A stretch of DNA of 64,000 nucleotides from Aquabacterium sp. GTDB taxonomy: Bacteria > Pseudomonadota > Gammaproteobacteria > Burkholderiales > Burkholderiaceae_C. Location of the stretch: contig NZ_DASUIN010000026.1 of assembly GCF_036273115.1 (NCBI RefSeq), positions 21,653-85,652 of the forward strand. Direction: 5' to 3'. The position numbers and the translations under genes were made by a program. Below are positions 9,230-19,200 of this stretch, one piece after another. Numbering within the stretch: position 1 is the first letter of the stretch; each line of letters starts with the position of its first letter. A model generated the notes under the pieces. The model was not told where the DNA came from. It saw only the letters and a list, made by a program, of their open reading frames with translations, and made no database searches.

Positions 9230-9628
9230 ATGCGAATGACTCTTATGTGGCGACGCTTCCTGCTTCTTCTGCTGTGTGTGCTGATTCCTCTGAAGGCTGT
9301 CATGGCCGCGGAGTGCGATTGCCCGTCTTTTTCAGAAGCCGTGACCCTGAACGCGCAGGGCCACCATGTTGTCGACATGCAGTCGGCGCACCAGTTTTTT
9401 GAAGCGCATCACCATCACAGCCACGCCGTCAGCTCGCATGGGGATGATCAAGATGCGTCCCAGCACAGTGATCACCATTGTGTCGGTACCTTGGGCTGGT
9501 TGTTGCCCTCGTCGTTGACCCTGGCCCAGTGGGTTGGCGTGCCTCATGCCATGCCCGGCTGGCTAGATCGCCCTCTGCCAGCTCCCGTTCTCGAACAGCC
9601 TCCTCGTCCGCCTCATTGGGGTGCGTGA
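9230..9628 (+). CDS. Small exported His/Cys-rich protein, positioned like CzcI at the head of the metal-efflux operon
   Basis: Signal peptide MWRRFLLLLLCVLIPLKAVMA. CDC pair, HHHHSH run, and HSDHHC. The start could also be the ATG at 9236 (AGGA upstream). Confidence 0.6.
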   Translation: MRMTLMWRRFLLLLLCVLIPLKAVMAAECDCPSFSEAVTLNAQGHHVVDMQSAHQFFEAHHHHSHAVSSHGDDQDASQHSDHHCVGTLGWLLPSSLTLAQWVGVPHAMPGWLDRPLPAPVLEQPPRPPHWGA

Positions 9629-9711
9629 AGCGCATCGGGTGAGGGCCTTCGTGCCCGCCCGAGCGCCAGATTCCGTCTTGGATTTCTGACCGCTGACGAG
9701 AGGACATTCCT

Positions 9712-11094
9712 GTGTATTGTTTCGATTCTGCCGCCAGGCAGAGCCGTGGCCGTTCGGCCCGCGGCCTGCTGGGCGTGACGTTGGCTATGTTGGTGTTGGC
9801 TCCGCAGGCCAGCCAGGCCGGCTCGGGTGAGCCGGCCCCATTTGATCGACCTCAACAGGCGGTCGTGTCGCCCGGTGTGGATGCGGGGCACGCGCATTTG
9901 CCTGAGGTGTCCAGTCTGGCTACGCTGGTCGAGATGGCCTGGGCTCGTTCGCCCCAGGCGCGTCAGCTGGAAGGCGCGGCTCGTGAGGCACAAACTCAAG
10001 CAGAAGCTGCTGGTGCGTGGTTTCCCGCTGCGCCCACGGTGTCGTTGGGGCAGAGGTCGGGCAGCCGGCCGGGCCAGCGCCCCCTGCGTGAGCAGGAAGT
10101 CGCTGTCCAGGCGCCGTTGTGGCCGCTGGGGCAACGCTCCGCCAGTCAGCGCAGTGCTGAACTGGCGCAGGCCTATGCGGGAGCCGCGGTGGTGGCACAC
10201 CGGCTGGCGCTGACTCGCCAGGTGCGCGAGCGTGTGGCGGACCTGGCCCTGGCAGACGTGCGCGTGCGCCAGGCGCGCGCCCATCTGGCTGACCTGGAGG
10301 TGCTGGAAGCCGATGTGAAGCAGCGCGTGCGAGCGGGTGACCAGGCCGAGTCGGATGCCTTGTTGGTACGCCAGGACGTGCTGCTGGCGCAAACCGAAGT
10401 CAGGCAGGCCCAGCTCGATCAGATGGAGGCAGAGCACGCCTTCCATGTGCTGGTGGGGGAGGCGCGTCCGCCGAGTGACGTATCCAGTGAGCGACTGGAA
10501 TCGATGCTGCCTCCCATCAATGAGGCAGAGCTGTCGCTGTCTGTCGACGAGATCCGACAGCGCCTCAGCCAGCACCCTGCCATGTTGGCCGCACAGGCGG
10601 CCGCCGAGCAGCAGGCCGTTCGGCAAGACCTGCTCAGGCGTGGGGCCAGTGCACCGTGGGAGTTGGGGCTGCAACACCGTCGCGACCAGGAGGCCGATGT
10701 GAATCGCATCACGCCGTCGTGGGGCATCAGTGTGATGATTCCGCTGGCGGCGGACCCGGATCGCCGCCAGGCCGCGGTGGCGGCGCAAACAGCCGCTGAT
10801 GTGGCGCAGGCCGAGGCACGCCGACTGGCCGATCAGTTGGAAACCGAGTGGCTGGAGGCGCAGCAAGGGGTTCGGCATCAACAAGCCATGCTGGATCACA
10901 TGCAGGCCGCCTCGGCTGCGGCCCAGACGCGTGCCCACTGGATCAGAAAAGCCTATGCCCTGGGCGAGATGAGTTTGACGGAACGCTTGCGAGCCGAATT
11001 GAGCTGGCAGCAGGCCGCGAGCCGGGTGATGCAACAACGTGCGTGGTTGGCCAAGGCCAGAGCACGCCTGAGCTATGCGCAAGGAGCGCAGTGA
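9712..11094 (+). CDS. TolC-family outer-membrane efflux factor (CzcC/CusC-like)
   Basis: 460 aa. Signal peptide, two coiled-coil-rich repeats typical of OEP family proteins, GTG start with GAGAGGA upstream. Its stop overlaps the next start. Confidence 0.85.
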   Translation: MYCFDSAARQSRGRSARGLLGVTLAMLVLAPQASQAGSGEPAPFDRPQQAVVSPGVDAGHAHLPEVSSLATLVEMAWARSPQARQLEGAAREAQTQAEAAGAWFPAAPTVSLGQRSGSRPGQRPLREQEVAVQAPLWPLGQRSASQRSAELAQAYAGAAVVAHRLALTRQVRERVADLALADVRVRQARAHLADLEVLEADVKQRVRAGDQAESDALLVRQDVLLAQTEVRQAQLDQMEAEHAFHVLVGEARPPSDVSSERLESMLPPINEAELSLSVDEIRQRLSQHPAMLAAQAAAEQQAVRQDLLRRGASAPWELGLQHRRDQEADVNRITPSWGISVMIPLAADPDRRQAAVAAQTAADVAQAEARRLADQLETEWLEAQQGVRHQQAMLDHMQAASAAAQTRAHWIRKAYALGEMSLTERLRAELSWQQAASRVMQQRAWLAKARARLSYAQGAQ

Positions 11095-11726
11095 TGAAGC
11101 GAAACAGACAACTGTGTGGGACGCATGGTGCAGCCATCGTGCTGGCCTTGGCTGGCTGCTTCGGTGCGCCAACCTGGGCCCATGGGCCCGAGGGTGATCA
11201 TGATCATGGCGCCGCTGATTCAGCCGCGATAGAGTCATACGGGGCGCACGCGGCACCTCGTATGGAGGCCCGCACCGAGGCCTTTGAGCTGGTGGCCACG
11301 CTCGAGGCGGGCGAGCTATCGGTGATGGTGGATCGCTATGCCACCAACGAACCGGTGCTGGGCGGTCAGGTCGATGTCGAAGTGAATGGCATCCGGGCCC
11401 AAGGGACTTTCCATGCAGATCAGGGTGACTATGCCTTCACCGACCCGGCCTTGCTGAAAGCCCTGGCTCAACCGGGGCACCATGCCTTGGTCTTCACCGT
11501 CGTGAGCGGGGATGACAGTGACCTGCTTGAAGGCGCCTTGCATGTCGAGCCTGATGCGATTCAGGCGCAGCCAACATCCCATGCCCTGCTGGGCTTGGCT
11601 CGCTGGCAGGGCATCGCCCTCGTGGCGGTGCTGATACTGATCGTGGCAGCGGTCGCATGGCGCATCGCCAGTCGCCGATCGGCGCGACCTTCGTCTACAG
11701 AACCATCCCAAACTGGCGAGGCATGA
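11094..11726 (+). CDS. Hypothetical periplasmic His-rich protein with a C-terminal TM anchor, inserted between the OMF and MFP genes
   Basis: The ATG overlaps the OMF stop (TGATG at 11092-11096). Signal peptide ...CFGAPTWA, then AHGPEGDHDHG, a beta-rich body, the TM segment WQGIALVAVLILIVAAVAW, and a basic tail. Confidence 0.7.
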   Translation: MKRNRQLCGTHGAAIVLALAGCFGAPTWAHGPEGDHDHGAADSAAIESYGAHAAPRMEARTEAFELVATLEAGELSVMVDRYATNEPVLGGQVDVEVNGIRAQGTFHADQGDYAFTDPALLKALAQPGHHALVFTVVSGDDSDLLEGALHVEPDAIQAQPTSHALLGLARWQGIALVAVLILIVAAVAWRIASRRSARPSSTEPSQTGEA

Positions 11727-11727
11727 C

Positions 11728-12870
11728 ATGCGTAGCAAGCTGATGATTTTGGTGGCACTCTCAGGCTGTTTGGCTCTGGCAGGCTCGGTCTGGGCTGGCC
11801 CGGGTGCGCATGGTCCCAATGGGGAGCATCTGGATGCGACCGCTTCGGTGGGGGCGCCTGCCGGTTTGCATCGTTTGCCGGATGGCCATGTGCAGGTGCC
11901 CAAGTTGGCGCAGCGTCGCATGCAAGTGCGCACCGTGGTGGCTGAGACGGGCACCTATCCCACCACCATGGTGCTCAATGCCCGAGTGGTGATGGACCCC
12001 GCCTCCGGTGGGGTGGTGCAGGCGGCCATGGCCGGTCGCATGGAGGCGGCTGCGGGTGGGCTGCCAGTCGCCGGTCAGGCGGTTCGCAAGGGGCAGGTCT
12101 TGGCCTATATCCAGCCCGCCATGGGGGGGGCAGAACGAGGCTCGCAACGCGCGGCCTTGGCCGAGGTGCGGGCGAGCCGCTTGCAGGCCGAAGCGAGGGT
12201 CAACCGACTCAAGCAGCTGGAAGGCGTGGTGCCGCGCAAAGAAAGCGAGGCCGCCCAGTGGGAGCTGCAAGGGCTGCGTGAACGCGAAGCCGCTTTGGCT
12301 CAATCGCTCGAGGGCAGGCAAGCCGTGCTGTCCAGCACCGATGGGGTTCTGGCCAGTGCGCGGGTGCTCCATGGCCAGATGGTGGAACCGCAAGCGGTGT
12401 TGTTCGAGATTGTTGACCCCAAGCGGATGCTGATTGAGGCCCGCGTCAGCGATCCCGCATGGGCCAGCCAGATCCGTGCTGCTTCGGTGCAGCAAGCGCC
12501 TGATCTGGCGCTCAAACTCGTGGGCGTGGCGCGAGTCATGCAAGAGGGGGCGGTTCCGGTGACCTTCCGCGCCAGCACCAAGGCCAACGGCGATCCGGCT
12601 GCATCCAGTCCCTTGGCCATCGGTCAGCCGCTGACCTTGGTGGCCGAGTTGGGGCAGCGGCAAGAGGGCGTTGCCTTGCCGTCCGAGGCGGTGGTGCGCA
12701 GCCCGGCCAACGAGCCGATTGTGTGGGTGAAGGTCAGCGCCGAGCGATTCGCGCCGCAGCCGGTTCAAGCGCAGCCCCTCGATGCCCAGCGCGTGCTGGT
12801 CACGCGGGGGCTGTCGGCCAACAGCCGGGTGGTGGTGCAAGGCGCCTCCCTGATCAACCAGATTCGCTGA
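11728..12870 (+). CDS. Efflux RND periplasmic adaptor (membrane fusion protein, CzcB/CusB-like)
   Basis: 380 aa. Signal peptide, AHGPNGEH arm, HlyD/MFP-type lipoyl, hairpin and beta-barrel layout. The start is 1 nt after the previous stop. Confidence 0.85.
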   Translation: MRSKLMILVALSGCLALAGSVWAGPGAHGPNGEHLDATASVGAPAGLHRLPDGHVQVPKLAQRRMQVRTVVAETGTYPTTMVLNARVVMDPASGGVVQAAMAGRMEAAAGGLPVAGQAVRKGQVLAYIQPAMGGAERGSQRAALAEVRASRLQAEARVNRLKQLEGVVPRKESEAAQWELQGLREREAALAQSLEGRQAVLSSTDGVLASARVLHGQMVEPQAVLFEIVDPKRMLIEARVSDPAWASQIRAASVQQAPDLALKLVGVARVMQEGAVPVTFRASTKANGDPAASSPLAIGQPLTLVAELGQRQEGVALPSEAVVRSPANEPIVWVKVSAERFAPQPVQAQPLDAQRVLVTRGLSANSRVVVQGASLINQIR

Positions 12871-12877
12871 GGCGGCC

Positions 12878-15800
12878 ATGTTCAACTGGATCGTCAGACA
12901 CAGCCTGCAGCAACGCCTGTTCGTGCTGGTGGGGGCCTTCATTTTGATGGCCTTGGGGGTGTTCACCGCCATGCGCACGCCGGTCGATGTGTTCCCTGAC
13001 CTCAACAAGCCCATCGTGACCGTGCTGACCGAGGCCGGTGGCATGGCGCCGGAAGAGGTCGAGCAACTGGTAACCTTTCCCCTGGAGACGGCCCTCAATG
13101 GCATGCCCGGGGTGACCCGCGTCCGCTCCACATCGGGCGTGGGTTTGTCGGTGGTGTATGCCGAGTTCGATTGGGGCACCGACATCTATCGCAACCGTCA
13201 ACTGGTAGCCGAACGGCTGGCCCTGGTGAAAGAGCAACTGCCGGGCCGGATCACACCCGTGATGGGGCCCGTGTCGTCGATCATGGGCGAGATCATGCTG
13301 ATTGCCTTGCCCATTGAGGCCGATCAGGCAGCTACGCCCATGCAGGCACGCGACTACGCTGAGTGGGTGATGCGGCCTCGCTTGCTCTCGGTTCCTGGGG
13401 TGTCCCAAGTGATTCCGATTGGTGGCGAGGTGCGGCAGCTTCGCATCGAACCCGATACGGCGCGCATGGCGCAGTTTGGCGTGTCGCTGACCGAGGTCGA
13501 ATCCGCCTTGAAGGGCTATGCCGGCAATGCCGGCGGCGGTTTCATCGATCTCAATGGTCGTGAATACCTGATTCGCCACCTGGCTCGTACCACCCGAGTC
13601 GAGGACCTTCAAGGCTTGGCGGTGCGCTGGTCCCAGGGGCATCCGGTCTTGCTTGAGCAGGTGGCCACGGTTCGCTATGCCCCGGCGCTCAAACGGGGCG
13701 ATGCCGGCTACAACGGCAAGCCGGCCGTCATTCTCAGTGTGCAAAAGCAGCCTGGAGCCGATACGGTCGAGCTGACCCGTCGTATCGATGAGGCCCTGGC
13801 CGAGTTGCGGCAAGGTCGCCCTGCTGGATTGGCCGCCCCTCAGGTCTTGTTCCGACAGGCAGACTTCATCCAGGCCTCTGTGAGCAACGTGGTGGAAGCC
13901 CTGCGCGATGGGGCCATCATGGTGGCCATCGTGCTGTTTGCATTTCTGCTCAGCGCCCGCACCACCGTCATTTCCCTGCTGGCCATTCCTTTGTCGTTGG
14001 CGGTCACGGCCTTGGTGTTTCATGCGCTGGGGCAGTCGATCAACGTGATGACACTGGGTGGTTTGGCCATTGCGATTGGTGAGTTGGTGGACGATGCGGT
14101 AGTCGACGTGGAAAACATCGTTCGGCGTTTGCAACTCAACCGACTGGCGGCAGAACCCTTGCCAGTCATGGAAGTGATCTGGCGCGCGTCGGTTGAGGTG
14201 CGGTCGGGCATCGTCTACGCCACCGTGGTGGTGGTGCTGGTGTTCGTGCCCTTGTTTGCGTTGCCGGGCATCGAGGGGCGTCTGTTTGCGCCCTTGGGGG
14301 TGGCGTACATCGTGTCCATTCTGGCGTCCATGCTGGTGTCCATGACGGTCACGCCCGTGCTGTCGTCGTGGTTGTTGCCCCGCATGAAGCGCCTGGGGCA
14401 TGGCGACAGTCCTTTGGTGGCCTGGCTCAAACGGCAAGACACGCGGCTGCTCAACTGGTCGTTTCCGCGCATGCGCGGATTGCTGATGGCGGCCGTGCTG
14501 GTGGTGGTGCTGGCGGCGGCTTCGGTGCCGTTTTTCCCGCGCACTTTTTTGCCGGCCTTCAATGAGGGCTCGATGGTGCTGTCAGTGTTGTTCACGCCGG
14601 GTACCTCCCTGGCGGAAGCCAATCGCATGGGGGCCTTGGCAGAGAAGTTGATCCGCGAAGTGCCCGAGGTGGTTCAGGTCGGTCGCCGTACCGGGCGAGC
14701 CGAGCAAGACGAACACGCTGAAGGGGTGCACACCTCCGAGATCGAGGTGGACCTGCGGCGCAGTCAGCGCGGGCGCGAGGCCATCATGGCTGATCTGCGC
14801 CAGCGCTTGTCAGTGTTGCCTGCGGCGGTGGCGGTGGGACAGCCCATTTCGCATCGGCTCGACCACCTCTTGTCTGGCGTGCGGGCTCAGATCGCGGTGA
14901 AAATCTATGGCGACGATGTCGATGCCCTGCGCGGGCTGGCCGAGCAATTGCGCAGTCGCCTGGCCCCTATTCCAGGGCTGGTGGATCTGACCGTGGAGAA
15001 GCAAGTGCTGATTCCCCAGATCAAGGTCAGCGTGGACCATCGCAAGGCCGCCCAGCTGGGGCTGACGCCAGGGCAGGCCGTGGAAGCTTTGCAGACCTTG
15101 TCGGAGGGGCAAGGCGTGAGTCAGGTGCTGGATGGGGCGCGTCGATACGATGTGGTGATCCGACTGGCCGATCAAAGCCGAGGTCCGCGAGATCTGGCCG
15201 GCTTGTTGCTGGATACGCCCGCTGGCCGCGTGCCCTTGTCTTCGTTTGCCACGGTGGATGAAAGCGATGGTCCCAACCAGATCGGGCGGGAAAACGGGCG
15301 CCGCCGCATCGTCGTCTACGCCAACACCGATGGTCGGGACATGGCCCAGGTGGTGCACGATATTCGCGCGCACATGACGCGTCTGGCTTTGCCTCAGGGC
15401 TACTTCGTCAGCCTGGAAGGACAGTTCCAGGCGCAGGAACAAGCCACCCGTCTGATTGCCGGTTTGTCGCTGCTGTCTTTGACCCTGATGTTCCTGGTGC
15501 TGTATTCGCGCTACCAGTCAGGCATCCTGGCCTTGGTCATCATGGCCAACATTCCCTTTGCCCTGGTCGGCAGCGTGGTGGCCATGTGGGTGGCCGACTT
15601 GCCCTTGTCGGTGGCCACTCTGGTGGGTTTCATCACCCTCACAGGCATTGCCACACGCAATGGCATCCTCAAGATCAGCCACTACATCAATCTGTGCAGG
15701 CTGGAGGGTGAAACATTCGGGCAGGCCATGATCGTGCGGGGCTCGTTGGAGCGCTTGACCCCGGTGTTGATGACGGCCTTGGTGGCGGCCTTTGCGCTCT

Positions 15801-15982
15801 TGCCCTTGCTCATGTCAGCCGATGCGCCGGGCAAGGAAATCTTGCACCCGGTGGCCGTGGTCATCTTCGGTGGGCTGATCAGTTCCACCTTGCTGGATAC
15901 GGTGCTGACTCCGCTGCTGTATGCCCGGTTCGGACGACAGGCCACGGCTGATCTGGTCGGGCAAGGTGAGCACCCGATGTAA
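12878..15982 (+). CDS. Heavy-metal efflux RND permease (CusA/CzcA family, HME-RND)
   Basis: 1034 aa. N-terminus [18 protein letters not shown]...[11 protein letters not shown]4 motif [20 protein letters not shown]. 12-TM ACR_tran layout. Confidence 0.95.
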   Translation: MFNWIVRHSLQQRLFVLVGAFILMALGVFTAMRTPVDVFPDLNKPIVTVLTEAGGMAPEEVEQLVTFPLETALNGMPGVTRVRSTSGVGLSVVYAEFDWGTDIYRNRQLVAERLALVKEQLPGRITPVMGPVSSIMGEIMLIALPIEADQAATPMQARDYAEWVMRPRLLSVPGVSQVIPIGGEVRQLRIEPDTARMAQFGVSLTEVESALKGYAGNAGGGFIDLNGREYLIRHLARTTRVEDLQGLAVRWSQGHPVLLEQVATVRYAPALKRGDAGYNGKPAVILSVQKQPGADTVELTRRIDEALAELRQGRPAGLAAPQVLFRQADFIQASVSNVVEALRDGAIMVAIVLFAFLLSARTTVISLLAIPLSLAVTALVFHALGQSINVMTLGGLAIAIGELVDDAVVDVENIVRRLQLNRLAAEPLPVMEVIWRASVEVRSGIVYATVVVVLVFVPLFALPGIEGRLFAPLGVAYIVSILASMLVSMTVTPVLSSWLLPRMKRLGHGDSPLVAWLKRQDTRLLNWSFPRMRGLLMAAVLVVVLAAASVPFFPRTFLPAFNEGSMVLSVLFTPGTSLAEANRMGALAEKLIREVPEVVQVGRRTGRAEQDEHAEGVHTSEIEVDLRRSQRGREAIMADLRQRLSVLPAAVAVGQPISHRLDHLLSGVRAQIAVKIYGDDVDALRGLAEQLRSRLAPIPGLVDLTVEKQVLIPQIKVSVDHRKAAQLGLTPGQAVEALQTLSEGQGVSQVLDGARRYDVVIRLADQSRGPRDLAGLLLDTPAGRVPLSSFATVDESDGPNQIGRENGRRRIVVYANTDGRDMAQVVHDIRAHMTRLALPQGYFVSLEGQFQAQEQATRLIAGLSLLSLTLMFLVLYSRYQSGILALVIMANIPFALVGSVVAMWVADLPLSVATLVGFITLTGIATRNGILKISHYINLCRLEGETFGQAMIVRGSLERLTPVLMTALVAAFALLPLLMSADAPGKEILHPVAVVIFGGLISSTLLDTVLTPLLYARFGRQATADLVGQGEHPM

Positions 15983-16010
15983 TACGGTATGAGGTATGCT
16001 GGCGCGGCCG

Positions 16011-16036
16011 ATTGTCTGCTGCGTTTGTCTGCTGCG
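16011..16036. repeat. Tandem 13-bp direct repeat (ATTGTCTGCTGCG / TTTGTCTGCTGCG)
   Basis: 12 of 13 positions are identical and the copies are head-to-tail. Located in the 86-nt spacer between the RND pump gene and the PAS-GGDEF gene. Confidence 0.85.
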
Positions 16037-16068
16037 CGTTTGCGCTGGCTACCCGAAATTCCGTGACG

Positions 16069-16992
16069 ATGTCTTCGCCTCTGACCTTGGAAGAAATGCG
16101 CTCGGTTCTGAGCGCCATGCCTGACCCCGTGTTCATTCTGACCCGGACAGGCCGCTATGCCGCGGTTTACGGTGGCACCGACGAGCGCTACTACCACGAC
16201 GGCAGCGGCTTGGTCGGCACCCGCATCTCGGATGTCATCAAAGAGGACAAGGCGCAGTGGTTTCTGGACCAGATCGAGACCGCCTTGCGTGAACGGCGCC
16301 TGCTGATCAACGAATACACCCTCTCTGGCAGCGATGTCAAAGGCTTGACGGAAGTGGGGCCGAGTGAGCCGATCTGGTTCGAGGGACGCGTTCAGGCCGT
16401 TTCTTTTGAGGTGGAAGGCGAAGAGGCTGTGCTCTGGGTGGCCAGCAACATCACGGCGCGCAAGCAGATGGAATCACGTTTGCGCGAGCTGAGTGAAACC
16501 GATCCGCTGACCGGCTTGTTCAATCGGCGCCGGCTGTTGCAGGCGCTCGAAGTGCAGCGGCATCACCTGACGCGCTACGGGCGTGCGGCGGTGGTGCTGG
16601 TGTTTGACATTGATCATTTCAAGCGCATCAACGACGAGCTCGGGCATCAGGCCGGAGACGATGTGCTGGTGAAAGTGGCAGACGTGTGCCGTGCCACCCT
16701 GCGTGCGACCGATGTGGTGGCCCGCATCGGTGGGGATGAGTTCGTGGTGCTCATGCCCGAGACCTCACTGGCGCAGGCCGAGCCCATTGCTCAGCGTTTG
16801 CGCCAGACCTTGGTCGAGCAACTGCACAAGATGCTGGGCCGGCAGATGACATCCGCCGTCGACGTGACCGTGAGTGGCGGATTCAGCGAGCTGCAGCTGA
16901 GCGACTTGCGCCCCGAAGACGTGTTCGCTCGCGCCGACTCAGCCCTGTATGAGGCCAAGCGAGGCGGTCGCAACCGCGTCCTGCCTCGCTAG
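16069..16992 (+). CDS. PAS-domain diguanylate cyclase (GGDEF with I-site)
   Basis: PAS-like N-terminus (PDPVFILTR). RATD-x5-GGDEF. The ATG at 16069 is preferred, because the ORF-track extension covers a non-coding tandem repeat. Confidence 0.9.
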   Translation: MSSPLTLEEMRSVLSAMPDPVFILTRTGRYAAVYGGTDERYYHDGSGLVGTRISDVIKEDKAQWFLDQIETALRERRLLINEYTLSGSDVKGLTEVGPSEPIWFEGRVQAVSFEVEGEEAVLWVASNITARKQMESRLRELSETDPLTGLFNRRRLLQALEVQRHHLTRYGRAAVVLVFDIDHFKRINDELGHQAGDDVLVKVADVCRATLRATDVVARIGGDEFVVLMPETSLAQAEPIAQRLRQTLVEQLHKMLGRQMTSAVDVTVSGGFSELQLSDLRPEDVFARADSALYEAKRGGRNRVLPR

Positions 16993-17007
16993 CCTGGCCG
17001 GTACAGA

Positions 17008-17610
17008 TCAGGCGCCGAACAGCTTGTTGGCGGTTTCGGCGATCAGCTTGCCCTGGTGGCGTGCCCCCTCCAGCTCAATGGCGCTAGGCTGGCGCTCACC
17101 CTTGCCGCCGGCGATGGTGGTGGCGCCGTAGGGGCTGCCGCCGACCACTTCGTCAAGGGTCATCTGGCCTTGGTGGCTGTAGGGTAGGCCCACGATGGTC
17201 ATGCCGAAGTGCAGCAGGTTGGTGATGATGGAAAACAGCGTCACTTCCTGGCCGCCATGCTGGGTGGCTGTTGAGGTGAAGGCGCCGCCAACCTTGCCGT
17301 TGAGAGCGCCGCGGGCCCACAGGCCTCCCGCTTGTTCGAAGAAGTTGGCCATTTGCGAAGGCATGCGGCCAAAGCGGGTGGGGGCGCCGACGATGATGGC
17401 GTCGTAGTGTTCCAGTTCGGCCACCGTGGCGATCGGGGCAGCCTGATCCAGTTTGAAGTGGGCCGCCTGGGCGATCTCGGTGGGCACCGTTTCCGGCACG
17501 CGCTTGACATCCACCGTGGCGCCGGCGGAGCGGGCGCCTTCGGCCACAGCCTGGGCCATGGTTTCAAGGTGACCGTAGGACGAGTAGTACAGAACGAGGA
17601 CTTTGGACAT
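17008..17610 (-). CDS. wrbA: NAD(P)H:quinone oxidoreductase WrbA
   Basis: [19 protein letters not shown]...GAPTRFG...GGQE. AGGAG lies 6-7 nt upstream of the ATG at 17610. The longer ORF-track extension is rejected. Confidence 0.95.
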   Translation of the reverse strand: MSKVLVLYYSSYGHLETMAQAVAEGARSAGATVDVKRVPETVPTEIAQAAHFKLDQAAPIATVAELEHYDAIIVGAPTRFGRMPSQMANFFEQAGGLWARGALNGKVGGAFTSTATQHGGQEVTLFSIITNLLHFGMTIVGLPYSHQGQMTLDEVVGGSPYGATTIAGGKGERQPSAIELEGARHQGKLIAETANKLFGA

Positions 17611-17804
17611 GATGACTCCTGGCTGGAGGTGGGGGGAGCGGTCCGTTTGAACCGCAGTGAAGTCATTATTCGAGATGCCCTGTGTCCTGAGGTCGCGTTG
17701 TTTTGTCGGGATCGTTGAAATTGATTGAATGCCGAATGGGTAGGGTGACGCACCTTGGCACACCTTCTTACGCACGCTGGTCTGGCGGGCGCTAACATCG
17801 AACC

Positions 17805-18443
17805 ATGCACATTGATCGTTTGCTTGCCTTCGTCCCCGTCCTCGGGGCATGGGTCTTGTTGGCCGTTTCATCTGGGGGGGCGTGGGCCGCGCCGGATGAG
17901 GTTCGGCAACCCACTCATCAAGAGGCGTCGGACTGCGCGGCAGCCTTCGAAGGGCGCATTCTTCAGCGTCGAACCGAGCCGCGCACGGACACGCGGAATC
18001 AGGCCATCTTGCGAGACGCGGAACTGGGTTTCACCTTTGTGGCCGTGGCTTACAAGCAGGGGTTGCGCAACCCCGAGGCCGATCAAATGCTCAAGGCATC
18101 CGAAAAGCGCTGGGCCACGTTGACTGAGGCGGAACGGCGCAAGCGGCTGGCGCAGTGCAGCACCTGGTCGCAGCAACTCTTTGATGAGTTCAATGGATTT
18201 GAGCGCTATCTGGTGCAAAACCGGGCTCAGGCGCGGGTTGATCGTTTGCTGAAGAAGGAAGCCGCCGCGGCCACTGTTCGCCCCAGTGCGGTGAAGCCGA
18301 CGGTGCCGGCGGTGGCGCCCGCGTCAGCCGCCTCTGCTTCGGCTGTGCCCGCTTCAGCGCCGCCATCTGCTCCCGCCTCGTCGGCCTTGCCAGATCCGGC
18401 AGCCAGCCACAGCCCCAGCTCGGCTGCATCTGAGTTGAATTGA
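17805..18443 (+). CDS. Exported hypothetical protein with an Ala/Pro/Ser low-complexity tail
   Basis: Signal peptide [28 protein letters not shown]. No recognisable family. Confidence 0.6.
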   Translation: MHIDRLLAFVPVLGAWVLLAVSSGGAWAAPDEVRQPTHQEASDCAAAFEGRILQRRTEPRTDTRNQAILRDAELGFTFVAVAYKQGLRNPEADQMLKASEKRWATLTEAERRKRLAQCSTWSQQLFDEFNGFERYLVQNRAQARVDRLLKKEAAAATVRPSAVKPTVPAVAPASAASASAVPASAPPSAPASSALPDPAASHSPSSAASELN

Positions 18444-18453
18444 AAGCAGGTTC

Positions 18454-18732
18454 ATGAGCATCGTGGTGTATTGGCTGACCCAAGGGCAGCCTTCGGTTCA
18501 GATTTTTCAGGATGACCAGCTTCTGGCTGCGCTGGCCTTTTCAGAGGCCAAACGCAAGGAGAAGGACGCCGATGGACGCCCTTTGCACAACCATGTGGTG
18601 ACCAATTCCGAGTTGGGCGACTGTGTCAGTCAGCCTGGTGTCAGCGATGACAGACCGGCCGACTACAGCTGGAGCAAGGCGCACCGTGGCGGTCCACCGA
18701 ACCCACAGGGAACTCCCAAGACCTTGGGGTGA
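18454..18732 (+). CDS. Small hypothetical protein (92 aa)
   Basis: ORF 10 nt after the previous stop. Moderate GC3, weak RBS, no family recognised. Confidence 0.4.
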   Translation: MSIVVYWLTQGQPSVQIFQDDQLLAALAFSEAKRKEKDADGRPLHNHVVTNSELGDCVSQPGVSDDRPADYSWSKAHRGGPPNPQGTPKTLG

Positions 18733-18774
18733 TCAGAAACTGAACCGATCTTGTCGCTGAAGGAGTCAAACGCC

Positions 18775-19200
18775 ATGTGGCAGAAGAACTGGAGTCTTTC
18801 CCTGTGTGCAGCCGCCCTGGTTTTCATGACCAGTGGCATTGCGCGTGCGCATGATGATGCCTACCTGGACACGCAAAAGGCGCCGCATGGCGGGCAGTTG
18901 CGCATGGCGGGGGCCCAGCACCTGGAGTTGGTGCTGGTCAAAGACAGCCCGACGGCCGCTGACAACCCGGTGTATGTCTATGTCACCGACCACGCCGGCC
19001 AGGTGTTGCCCACGCAAGGCGCGACCGGCAGCATCACGCTGCTGAGTGGGAAGAACAAGGTGACAGCGGCGTTGCAGCCCGACGGCGAAAATCGCCTCAA
19101 GGGCGTGGCGCGTTACGCCTCCACGCCTGGCATCAAAGCCGTGGTGAGTGTGAAGCTCAAGGGGCAGGCGGCCGAGCAGGCGCGTTTCACCCCTTTTTGA
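18775..19200 (+). CDS. Periplasmic hypothetical protein (141 aa) with an N-terminal HDD...HGG motif
   Basis: AAGGAG 9 nt upstream of the ATG at 18775. Signal peptide ...FMTSGIARA, then HDDAYLDTQKAPHGGQL and a beta-rich body. Confidence 0.65.
   Translation: MWQKNWSLSLCAAALVFMTSGIARAHDDAYLDTQKAPHGGQLRMAGAQHLELVLVKDSPTAADNPVYVYVTDHAGQVLPTQGATGSITLLSGKNKVTAALQPDGENRLKGVARYASTPGIKAVVSVKLKGQAAEQARFTPF

Noticed and set aside
9613-14437. Long minus-strand ORFs (9613-11256, 11761-13185, 12854-14437) across the RND operon
   Set aside because: All are antisense to OMF, MFP and RND genes with strong family signatures. They have His/Arg/Gln/Gly-rich composition and no RBS or coupling logic.
12878-15982. 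Assigning the RND pump as a Cu(I)/Ag(I) CusA
   Set aside because: The TM4 motif is CusA-like in spacing. However, a by-eye alignment shows no Met residues at the three positions of the CusA methionine cluster. I therefore keep only the family-level call (HME-RND) and a tentative divalent-cation guess.
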